From the NCBI RefSeq assembly GCF_004010195.1, contig NC_057757.1, positions 9,622,726-9,643,005 of the forward strand: a stretch of 20,280 nt of DNA. The letters run 5' to 3'. Under the pieces are notes generated by a model. It saw only the letters and a list, made by a program, of their open reading frames with translations, was not told the DNA's origin and searched no databases. The stretch comes from Chiloscyllium plagiosum (lineage: Eukaryota). Positions 9,071 to 17,940 of the stretch are shown here, piece after piece. Made by a program: the position numbers and the translations under genes. How positions within the stretch are numbered: the first letter of the stretch is position 1; each line of letters starts with the position of its first letter.

Positions 9071-9804
9071 TTACAAATGAACAAGTATGCCACACTAGAC
9101 TCTGCCATTCAGCTCAATCAGTCCATTCTATCCTGAAGCACACAATGTTGCCTTGATCTGTGAGCAATTACACCCAAACTGGTGGGAAGGAATCAGTGGA
9201 AGCTTTCCTGGAAATTGGAGCCCAGCCAAGATGTGACGCCAGAGGGAAATGGAAAGGTTTGCCTCCCTTCACATTCCAAGTCTCTGTACAATGTTCATGT
9301 AGCTGGGCTGGAGTCAAACTTTCATTACTGCTCGATAGCTGTTCCTGCCTTGGTTGATGCAGCTGTGTTTTGTCATTGTCCTAACCGAAAGGACAGGAAA
9401 GAGGAAGACGATTTTAACACCTCCTCACCACTCTGGGAACTGTCAGTTGGCTGCACGTACACAGTCAGACTGTGACGACGGCTCCAGGAACCATAAAAAA
9501 TGCTGTTGATTGATGAGCCTAAAGCCCGTGTGTGAAACCGAAGGGAACAGACACCAATGTTATTGCTGAATTCAAAAGGTCATGCTGTGATTTGGCCTTG
9601 CATCCCCTCCAGAATGACATGTTTTACAGGAAAGGATTAGATCTCTTCAATGTTGAACAGAGACCACATCTCCAGATCCATTCATGTGGACGGTGGTTAT
9701 GCCTTTCAGATCTGCTGGGAGCCACACCGACTCCATGAGCCAATTGTGCACTTCATAGTTTGCATCCATTCTGGGTACACCATTCTATAGTTCCATCACA
9801 TTGA

Positions 9805-10713
9805 GGAAACTGACGATCAGGAAAACTGTAAGAGCTTTTTTAGATATATAATGTGCAAAAGAGAGGTAAAAGTGGACATTGGGCTGCTGGAAAATGATGC
9901 CAGAGAGATAGTCATGGGGAACAAGGAAATCACTGAGGAACTGAATAATTACTTTGTTTCAGTCTTCACGGTGGAAGCCACAAGTAATATCCCAAACATT
10001 CAAAAGAGTCAGGGGGTAGAGCTGGGTATGGTGGCCATCACCAAGGAGAAGGTGCCAGAAAAACTGAGAGCCCTGAAGGTGAATAAGTCACCTGGACCAG
10101 ATGGACTACATCCTAGAGTTCTCAGGAAGACAGCTGAAGAGATAGTGGATGTATTAGTAGTGATCTTTCGGGAATCACTGGAATCAGGGAGGGTCCAAGA
10201 GGACTGGAAAATCGATAATGTGACACCCTTGTTTGAAAAGAAGGAAAATTCCAGACTCAAGTGTGGGTAAAATCTTGGTATCCATTGAGGTTTCTGAATA
10301 CTTCTCAGAACAAGTGGTGTTCTGCTGGCTTAGTGTTGGGATCACAACGTTTCACTTTATACATGAGTGATCTAGATGAAGGAACTGAGGACATTCTGGT
10401 TAGGTTTTGCAGACCATACAAAGACAACTAGAGGGACAGGTAGCATTGAGGAGGTGGGGAGGCTACAGACGTATTTGGACAGGTTAGGAGAGTGGACAAA
10501 GAAGAGGCAGATGGAGTACAACGTAGAAAAGTGTGAAGTCATGCACTTTGGTAGGAAGAATAGAGGCATGGACTATTTTCTAAATGTGGAGAAAATTCAG
10601 AAATCTGAAGTGCAAAGGGACTTGGGAGTTCTAGTCCAGGATTCTCTTAAGGTAAACTTGCAGGTTGAGTCAGTAGATAGGAAGGCAAATGCCATGTTGG
10701 CATTTCTTTTGAG
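9805..10713 (+). mobile_element. CR1 LINE ORF2 fragment (tether plus RT, internally deleted), left part
   Basis: ORF 9851-10270 (EELNNYFVSVFT..LKVNKSPGPDGLHPRVL..VQEDWKIDNVTPLFEK) and ORF 10376-10816 (FADHTK..QMEYNVEKCEVMHFG..QRDLGVLV..KANAMLAF). Confidence 0.95.
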
Positions 10714-11985
10714 AGCTGAAAATGTGTTGCTGGAAAAGTGCAGCAGGTCAGGCATCAGGCAACATCCAAGGAGTAGGAGAATCGACGTTTCGGGCATGAG
10801 TCTTCTTCAGGAATGAGGAAGGGGTGCGAAGCAGGCTAAGATAAAAGGTAGGGAGGAGGGACTTGGGGGAGGGGCGTTGGAAATGCGATAGGTAGAAGGA
10901 GGTCAAGGTGAGGGAGATAGGCCGGAGTGGGGGTGGGGGCGTCAACGTCAGGAAGAAGATTGCAGGTTAGGAAGGTGGTGCTGAGTTCGAGGGTTGGGAC
11001 TGAGACAAGGTGTGGGGAGGGGAAATGAGGAAACTAGAGATCTGTATTCATCCCTTGTGATTGCAGGGTTCCTAGGCGGAAGATGAGGAGCTCTTCCTCC
11101 AGCCGTCGTGTTGCTATGGTCTGGCGATGGAGGAGTCCAAGGACCTGCATGTCCTTGGTGGAGTGGGAGGGGGAGTTGAAGTGTTGAGCCACGGGGCAGT
11201 TGGGTTGGTTGGTCCGGGTGTCCCAGAGGTATTCTCTGAAATGTTCCGCAAGTAGGCGGCCTGTCTCCCCAATATAGAGGAGGCCACATCGGGTGCAGCG
11301 GAAGCAATAGATGATGTGTGTGGAGGTGCAGGAACAGTAGAGAAGGCTAACGGAGGTGGCGGAAATGACGACGGATGATACGATGTATTATGGAGGTTGG
11401 TGGGGTGGTAGGTGAGGACCAGTGGGGTTCTGTCCTGGTGGCGATTGAAGGGGCGGGGCTCAAAGACAGAGGACCAGGAAGTGGAGGAGATGCGGTGGAG
11501 GGCATCGTCGATCACGTCTGGGGGGAAATTGCGGTCTTTGAAGAAGGAGGCCATCTGGGTTGTACGGTATTGGAACCGGTCCTCCTGGGATCTGATGCGG
11601 CGGAGACAAAGGAATTGGGAATATGGGATGGCGTTTTTACAGGGGGCAGGGTGGGAGGAGGTGTAGTCTAGGTAGCTGTGGGAGTCGGTCGGTTTATAGT
11701 AAATGTCCGTGTTGATTCGTTCGCCTGAGATAGAAATGGAAAGGTCTAGGAAGGGGAGGGAGGAGTCTGAGACTGTCCAGGTAAATTTGAGGTGGGGGTG
11801 GAGGGTGTTGGTAAAGTGGATGAACTGTTCAACCTCCTCGTGGGAGCACGAGGCAGCGCCGATACAGTCATCGATGTAGCAGAGGAAAAAGTGGAGGGTG
11901 GTGCCAGTGTAGCTGCGGAAGATGGACTGTTCCACACATCCTACAAAGAGGCAGGCATAGCTGGGGCCCATGCGGGTGCCCATGG
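10714..11985 (-). mobile_element. Penelope-like retroelement, 5'-truncated: RT plus GIY-YIG endonuclease plus terminal repeat
   Basis: ORF 11114-11983 has MGTRMGPSYACLF, YIDDC, LPFLDL, YYKPTDSHSYL and SHP..CKNAIPYSQF (Penelope RT). A shifted frame at ~11225-11330 gives IIYCFRCTRCGLLYIGETGRLLAEHFREY (GIY-YIG). There is an internal deletion or frameshift near 11340-11390. Confidence 0.95.
10782..10812 (-). ncRNA. Degenerate minimal hammerhead ribozyme motif in the Penelope terminal repeat
   Basis: Minus-strand RNA is UC-CUGAAGA-AGACUCAUGCCC-GAAA-CG-UC-GA. The cores, GUC site and ACGU palindrome are intact, but stem II (AGAC/GCCC) is mismatched. Confidence 0.6.
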
Positions 11986-12327
11986 GTAGTCCTAAAAGGG
12001 GAAGTACTTTTGAGGCTGTCAGATTCTGGTTAGACCAAATTTGGAGTGTTGTGCACAGTTTTGAGCCCCATATCTCAGGAAGGATGCACTGACTCTGGAG
12101 TGTGTTCAGAGGAGGTTCATAAGAATGGTACCAGGAATGAAAAGCTTAACAACTGAGGAATGTTTGAGGACTCTGGGTCTATACACAATGGATTTTAGAA
12201 GGATGAGGGGGTATTTAATTGAAACATTAAATGGCCAGGACAGACTGTATGTTGGGAAGATGTTTCCATTGGTAGGAGAGTCTAGGGGACCCGAGGGCAC
12301 AACTTAGAATAAAAGGAAGAACTTTTA

Positions 12328-12662
12328 GATTAGATTAGATTACATTACATTACAGTGTGGAAACAGGCCCTTTGGCCCAACAAGTCCACACCGACCCGCC
12401 GAAGCGCAACCCACCCATACCCCTACATTTACCCCTTACCTAACACTACGGGCAATTTAGCATGGCCAATTCACCTGACATGCACATCTTTGGACTGTGG
12501 GAGGAAACCGGAGCACCCGGAGGAAACCCACGCAGACACGGGGAGAACGTGCAAACTCCACAGAGGAAGTCGCCTGAGGCAGGAATTGAACCCGGGTCTC
12601 CGGCGCTGGTCTCCGGCGCTGTGAGGCAGCAGTGCTAACCACTGTGCCACCGTGCCGCCCAC
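12328..12662 (-). mobile_element. HE1-like SINE, full length, young subfamily
   Basis: CpG-rich, with intact A-box TGGCACAGTGG (12639-12649) and B-box GGTTCAATTCC (12582-12592). Tail is (TAATG)2(TAATC)3. Very similar to 16644-16938. Confidence 0.96.
12582..12649 (-). promoter_or_regulatory. Internal RNA polymerase III type-2 promoter (A and B boxes) of the SINE
   Basis: TGGCACAGTGG and GGTTCAATTCC fit the tRNA-gene A and B box consensus. Confidence 0.75.
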
Positions 12663-13022
12663 GAATGGAAGTAAGGCAAATTGTCTTCAGCCAGAGAGTG
12701 GTGAATCTATGGAATTCATTGCCACAGAAAGCTGTGGAAGCCAGGTCATTTGAGTGTATTTAAGACTGAGATAGCTAGGTTCTTGAAGATTAAGTGGATC
12801 AAGGGAGATGGGGAGAAAGCAGGACAATGGGGTAGAGAAACTTATCAGCCATGATTGAATGGTGGAGCAGACTTGATGGGCTGAATGGGCTAATTTCCGC
12901 TCCTATCTCTTATGGTCTTATCCATACTGTTACAATCTACATGAAACTGCACAGCAATTTACTCCTGTGAAGGTGGTGACCTGTGCCTGACATATAGCCA
13001 GCTGCAGGAGATCTTCCTTCCT

Positions 13023-13192
13023 TTATTCTTGTGTGGGATGTGGGCATTACCATCAAAGTATGTGGGTGCAGTACCACATGCGGACCAGGTTGGGTAAGGA
13101 TGACAGATCTCATCCCATAAGTGAAGCAGGTGGGTTTTTGCAAAGATTGATGATAATTATCATGGTCACCATCACTGAGACTAATCTTTAAT
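13023..13192 (-). mobile_element. Decayed fragment of a second tRNA-headed SINE family (same as 15293-15577)
   Basis: Shares blocks with the 15293 copy: CACATGCGGACCAGGTTGGGTAAGGATGACAGAT vs CACGTGTAGGCCAGACCAGGTAAAGGGGAACAGAT, and CATGGTCACCAT vs CCTGGCCACCAT. Confidence 0.6.
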
Positions 13193-13211
13193 TGCGTGTT
13201 TTGTTGAGGCT

Positions 13212-13385
13212 CCCCAGTTGAAGGGTCTCGATCATGTAGAGTCCCTACTTCAGGGAGCTGGAGGTGAGAAGGTCAGCCCTGTCGATCTCAGAGACGGATT
13301 GGAAGCAGTCGCTGGGGTGGATGGTCAGTCTGTACTCAATCTCAGTTGATTAGAAAACCCACCTCGGCCCCTTTGGACTGCACAC
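13212..13385 (-). repeat. Left arm of a long imperfect inverted repeat
   Basis: Its reverse complement aligns to 14221-14395 with about 148 of 176 columns matching by hand. Confidence 0.9.
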
Positions 13386-13529
13386 AAGTTATGGGATGGA
13401 GTTTGAACCCATAGCCCACAACTTTAATTGAGACCTCAAGATTATTTCTACCTCCATCCTCAACACCCAGGTTTTCAGGAAAGAGCAGTACCTCCCAAAA
13501 TAACTCAGCAGATCCCCAACCAATCACTT

Positions 13530-13766
13530 TGAGTCATATATACAAAAGGAGGCAGAGTTTGGAACTCTCTTCCACAAATGGCACGGGATGCAGGATCAAT
13601 TGTTTATTTTAGATTTGAGACGGATAAATTATTTTATTAAGTTAAGGTATTCAGGGATATGGGTCAAAGGCATGTCTGTGGAGTTAGACCACAGATCAAC
13701 CTTGATGTCAATGAATGGCAGAACAGGGTCAAGGGGCTGAATGGCCTACTCCTGTTCCTATGTTCG
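13530..13766 (+). mobile_element. CR1 LINE 3' end fragment
   Basis: GTTTGGAACTCTCTTCCACAA (VWNSLPQ) and tail GGGGCTGAATGGCCTACTCCTGTTCCTATGTTC. Confidence 0.85.
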
Positions 13767-14184
13767 ATGTTGATCTGAAGCAGCGCTGTACATGCAATCA
13801 GGAGCCATTGGTTGAAATAAGCCCTTTTCAGGAATTAAGCTTGGAACAATCTTCTCAATAAAGAAGACAATGAGATGAGAGAGACGCACGCATGATTTCC
13901 AATCCTGGTTGGAGATGTCAATGTGCTGGGATGGATAGTGGAACGTGGACTGAGTTATTGTTCCAATGTCATTTCCTATTGGCTCCATACAATGACACCA
14001 CAGTCTTCCAACATTGTACTGCTGGAGTGATTGTTACTGATTTTACATACATAGGGCTGGGTTTTACGCCAATGTACAGTCCACCGTCTCCCACCCCACA
14101 TCCTGGATTCCTCACAGCAATAACCCGCTGGCCAGGCCATCAATGGCTTCATTGAGACAGAGGAGCTGAGAGTGTGGGAGGAGT

Positions 14185-14580
14185 GAGAGCGACAGGCCCA
14201 AACTGCTTTTGATATACCCTGTATGGAGTTCAAAGGAGCCAAGGTGGGTTTTCTAATCTACTGAGCTCGACAACAGACTGACCGTCCACCCCAGTGACTG
14301 CTTACAATCTGTCTCTGAGATTGACAGGGCTGACTCTCTATCGCCTCCAGCTCTCAGGAGGGGGACTCTGCATGACCGAGATCCTTCAACTGGGGCAAAT
14401 GTCTTGAATCAGGGTATTTCCCGACTTGAACGAAATATCCCAATAGCGAAATGCAACCCAGATTGGAAAACTCCTGCCCCGAAAAAGAAGGACAGAGTTA
14501 GTATTATGCCCAGGACTGAAATCATACTGACTCAAGGATAGTGAGATGTTGCTAGGCACCTGGAAAGCAGAGTGAGAGAT
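14185..14580 (+). pseudogene. Possible decayed L1-clade ORF1 fragment
   Basis: Frameshifted pieces occur in the expected order: KGAKVGFLI, SVSEIDRAD (cf. LEIERAH), S*IRVFPDLNEISQ*R (cf. SRIHIFPDFS.E...R) and VLCPGLK (cf. LLYPARL). Recognised by eye only. Confidence 0.4.
14221..14395 (+). repeat. Right arm of the long imperfect inverted repeat
   Basis: For example ACAGACTGACCGTCCACCCCAGTGACTGCTTACAATCTGTCTCTGAGATTGACAGGGCTGAC versus the left-arm reverse complement ACAGACTGACCATCCACCCCAGCGACTGCTTCCAATCCGTCTCTGAGATCGACAGGGCTGAC. Confidence 0.9.
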
Positions 14581-15036
14581 ACGGTTGGTGGTCAATTCTC
14601 AATTCAGATTGGCTTTGAGGTTCATCTGTTCTCAACTCAATTTTGGTGTGATCAACACAGGGATGTTGTGATTTTAAATGGCAGGGGGTATTTGATCCTC
14701 TCTGTTTGGTACTAATGGGTACCATCTAAGACAAGTCCTTGGAACAGGAGGGAGCCACTTAGTGCCTTGGGCATTCTCTGCTATCCAATTTGATCCCAAC
14801 TGACCCACAACCCAATTCTATTGAACTGAGCTTGTTCACTAACATAGTCCTTTTTGTCTTAAAAACTTCGGTCAAACATCCACAATATTTTGAGGAAGTT
14901 CTACAGACCAACATTGTTTTCAAAAAATTCTTTCCTGAATTTGACCACTGGCCTTGTCAGACATTTACTAATTATAAAAACAAACTATGTAAGTCAAGAA
15001 AGGGATTGTTTTTTGTCCTTGCCAACAGTTTTACAA

Positions 15037-15200
15037 TTCTTCTATGGGACGTGAGCATCGCTGGTCAAGCCTGCATTTATAGACAGGCCTGTCTACAATT
15101 GTTCTGGAGAAGCTTTGCTGAGATACCATCGTGAACCTCCATCTGATGCAGATATGTCCACAGTGTTTTTAGCAAGAGATCAATGAACATTGATATAATT
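15037..15200 (-). mobile_element. Decayed 3' end of the LINE family also seen at 17105-17395
   Basis: ATGGGACGTGAGCATCGCTGGTCAAGCCTGCATTTAT...GGAGAAG...CACAGTG parallels GATTGCTGGCTAAGCCAGTGTTTGT...GGAGAAG...CACAGT in the 17105 copy. Confidence 0.55.
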
Positions 15201-15292
15201 TAATGGATCAATTCTCTCGTTGTGGCTTGCTAGGTCTTGTGGTGGAAAAAGGTGTTGTTGCATTTATTAATTATTTCAAGAATTTTTATTTT

Positions 15293-15577
15293 ACTTCATT
15301 GCTGGTTTGACCAGCAATTATTGTCCATCGCTTTGCCATGAGTCTGGAGTCACGTGTAGGCCAGACCAGGTAAAGGGGAACAGATTTACTTTCCAAAAAG
15401 GTTCAATTTTTTTTTGCAATAATCAACAATGGTTACCTGGCCACCATGAAATCAGCTGTTAACTCCACACACTGATTTAATACAGCTTTCACCACTGGGG
15501 GATTTGAACCCAAATTGCCAGAGAATTAGCCCTGCGGGGGGGGGGGTTGGAAGCAGTTGTCCAGTGACACTGTCACA
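15293..15577 (-). mobile_element. Second tRNA-headed SINE family copy (family not named), decayed
   Basis: The minus strand has head GTGACAGTGTCACTGGACAAC and B-box GGGTTCAAATCCC (about 15498-15510), a central GGTCTGGCCTACACGTGACTCCAGAC block, and a tail GGACAATAATTGCTGGTCAAACCAGCAATG shared with the LINE at 17105. Confidence 0.6.
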
Positions 15578-16150
15578 GTTGATTGATTACAGATGATTGA
15601 CTGTTACATGCTTTGTGTTGATTAATAATTGTATAAGATAAGGGTTCTGAAAGAGTTAATGCCTATGCAATCCGGAGCTCCACCCAGTTTGATGAAGTCA
15701 CACAACATCTGGATGGAGAATAATTTAAAATCTGTCTTCTCCACCTCCTGTTAATAATATTTAATGTGCCTAACAGGGAATGTAATCCCTACATACTTAA
15801 CATTACATAATCAACTACATTCTATCATGGTAAACAAGTATTGCTTCAGCTTGTGATCCATTCTCCACCCTGGACTATGGAAGAGCCTCTTACACCTGGA
15901 TAGGGGGGTGGATTGGTGGTAACATGCACTCGGTCCAACCACAGACCAACAGTGGTTGATCGCAAGAGATAGAATATAACATGGTGACCATGCTGGGTAT
16001 CATCGATCACTACAAAAGATGGTTTGGAAGGGACTCTCATGTACGTGGGGGACTGCAGGTCACACACTGGGGACTTTCAATCTAAACATTACAGTCAGAC
16101 CTTTCAGGAGTGAAATCAAAAAACAGATCCACACCTGAAGACTGAAAGAT

Positions 16151-16391
16151 GGGGTGGCTGGTGACTTAATGGTTAGCATGCTGCCTCACAGCATCAGGAA
16201 CTCGGGTTCAATTCCATCCTTGGGTGACTGTCTGGGTGAAGTTTGCATACTCTCCCCAAGTCTGTATGGGATTCCTCCAATGATGTTGGTTGGCTATGGG
16301 AAATGCAGAGTGAGGGGGTGGGACTGGGAGGGATACCCTTCAGAGGGTTGGTGTGGACTGAATGGCCTGTTACCACACTGTAGGGATTCTA
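16151..16391 (+). mobile_element. HE1-like SINE, old and internally deleted
   Basis: GGTTAGCATGCTGCCTCACAGC..GGGTTCAATTCC..GTTTGCATACTCTCCCC..GGACTGAATGGCCTGTTACCACACTGTAGGGATTCTATG. Confidence 0.85.
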
Positions 16392-16643
16392 TGCCTGGAA
16401 TTTTCATCTGAAAATGACAATCAGTTCTGGGCGATTGTGACCTTTAAAGCTGAGACAAGTAGACTTTTGCTCACCAAAGGTATTACGGGAAATGGAGAAA
16501 AGTGCAGTGATCCTTGCAGATCAACAAGGATTTCATTTACACTTCCTTCTCCTAGCCACATGTATACATCTTTATCAAGCAATGTTTTCTGGTGAGACTG
16601 CTGTGAAGAGGGAAGCACCTACTCATGGCAGAAGATGAACAAT

Positions 16644-16938
16644 AGATTAGATTACATTACATTACAGTGTGGAAACAGGCCCTTCGGCCCAACAAGTCCA
16701 CACCGACCCGCCGAAGCACAACCCACCCAGACTCTTACATTTACCCCTTACCTAACACTATGGGCAATTTAGCATGGCCAATTCACCTGACCTGCACATC
16801 TTTGGACTGTGGGAGGAAACCGGAACACACCCACGCAGAGAACGTGCAAACTCCACACAGTCGCCTGAGGCGGGAATTGAACCCAGGTCTCTGGCGCTGT
16901 GAGGCAGCAGTGCTAACCACTGTGCCACCGTGCCGTCC
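16644..16938 (-). mobile_element. HE1-like SINE, full length, young subfamily
   Basis: Intact A and B boxes and tail (TAATG)2(TAATC)2. Collinear with 12328-12662 apart from small deletions around 16825-16860. Confidence 0.95.
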
Positions 16939-17014
16939 ATGAAGTTCATCAATCTGAAACTTTAAATTTATTTCTCTCTCCACTCTTAATATAGTTCCAA
17001 CATTTTCTGTTTCT
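16939..17014 (+). mobile_element. Highly decayed Penelope-type terminal repeat remnant
   Basis: ATGAAGTTCATCAATCTGAAACTTTAA...TTTCTCTCTCCAC...TCCAACATTTTCTGTTT parallels the 2618-2714 remnant. Confidence 0.4.
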
Positions 17015-17104
17015 AATGGTGTGATCCTTCGTCCCTGCAGGTAGTATCTCAAATCCCACTATTAGAATTCATACTCAATTCTCAAAAAACTAAGAGTTTT
17101 AGAT

Positions 17105-17395
17105 TCTTTTTAAGAGAGGTGGTGATTGCTGGCTAAGCCAGTGTTTGTCCCTATTGCCTGTTTGCCCCGGAGAAGATGCTGGTGAGGTGCTTTCTGGAAC
17201 CGCTGTATCACAGTCCTGTTAGGGAGGGAATTCCAGGATTTTAACCCTGCAACGCTGAAGGAACCGTGATATATTTCCAAGTCAAGATGGTGCGTGGCTT
17301 GGAAAGGAACTGGAAGGCGGTGGTGTTCTCGTCTATCTGCTGTCTTCAACCATACGGGAAGTGTCTTGTATTGTGAAAGGAATTGGTGCAAGTGT
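17105..17395 (-). mobile_element. 3' end of a non-LTR retrotransposon (CR1 group, distinct from the HER1-like family)
   Basis: Minus ORF 17110-17391 contains SFSVAGLKSWNSLPN..QRFQKAPHQHLLRG, a WNSLP...F.K C-terminal LINE motif, followed by a short 3' UTR. Confidence 0.7.
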
Positions 17396-17940
17396 GTGGG
17401 AGTTATGCTTCAGTTGTACTGGCCATTGATCAGATTGTATCTGGGGTGCTGTGTACAGTATTGGTCACCATACTTATAGAAATATGTTAATGCTCTGGAA
17501 ACAGTTCAGAGAAGGTTTACTAGACTAATACCTGGAATGAGCAAATTGCCTCATGAAGGAAGATTGAATATGCAAGACTTGTATCCTCTTGAATTTAGAG
17601 GTAGAGGTGATTCAATGAAAACATATAAGATCCCTGAGGGGACTTAACCGGGTGGACGTGGAAATGATGATTTTCCTCTTTGGGAGAATCCAGACTAAAG
17701 GGTCACTTATTTAAGACAGAGGTGTAGAAAGATATTTTTTCTCATGAGTCTTTGGAATTCTCTTCCTCAAAAGACAATGGATTCAGAATGTTTAAATATT
17801 TTTAAAGCAGAGGTAGATGGATTCTTGACGATGAAGGGTCTGAAAGATTCTCAGGGATATGCAGCAATGTAAAATCAGAACAGCCTTGATCTTATTGAAT
17901 AGTGGAACAGATTTGAAAGACGGAATGGCCTACTCCTGCC
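17396..17940 (+). mobile_element. CR1 LINE 3' fragment
   Basis: VMLQLYWPLIRLYLGCCVQYWSPYL*KYVNALETVQRRFTRLIPGM, CTTTGGAATTCTCTTCCTCAA (LWNSLPQ) and tail GAATGGCCTACTCCTGC. Confidence 0.9.

Larger units (their letters stand above)
11990..12921 (+). mobile_element. CR1 LINE, right part of the 9805 element, split again by an HE1 SINE
   Basis: LVRPNLECCAQF*APYLRKDALTLECVQRRFIRMVPGMKSL. After the SINE it resumes with TTCAGCCAGAGAGTGGTGAATCTATGGAATTCATTGCCA (FSQRVVNLWNSLP) and the tail GCTCCTATCTCTTATGGTCTTAT. Confidence 0.9.

Noticed and set aside
11114..11983. 289-aa ORF as a functional or telomerase-like RT gene
   Set aside because: It starts mid-RT, has an internal deletion and frameshift before the endonuclease, and sits inside a CR1. 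It is a dead Penelope copy.
12580..12660. tRNA-like sequence
   Set aside because: It is the SINE head, followed by the SINE body and LINE-derived tail, so it is not a tRNA gene.
14052..14155. AGGGCTGGGTTTTACG start resembling a DNA-element terminus
   Set aside because: I found no matching opposite end or target duplication.
14727..14810. Possible minus-strand CR1 tail remnant
   Set aside because: Too short and diverged to support by eye.
15536..15546. G11 homopolymer
   Set aside because: A simple slippage run inside a decayed SINE head, with no sign of function.
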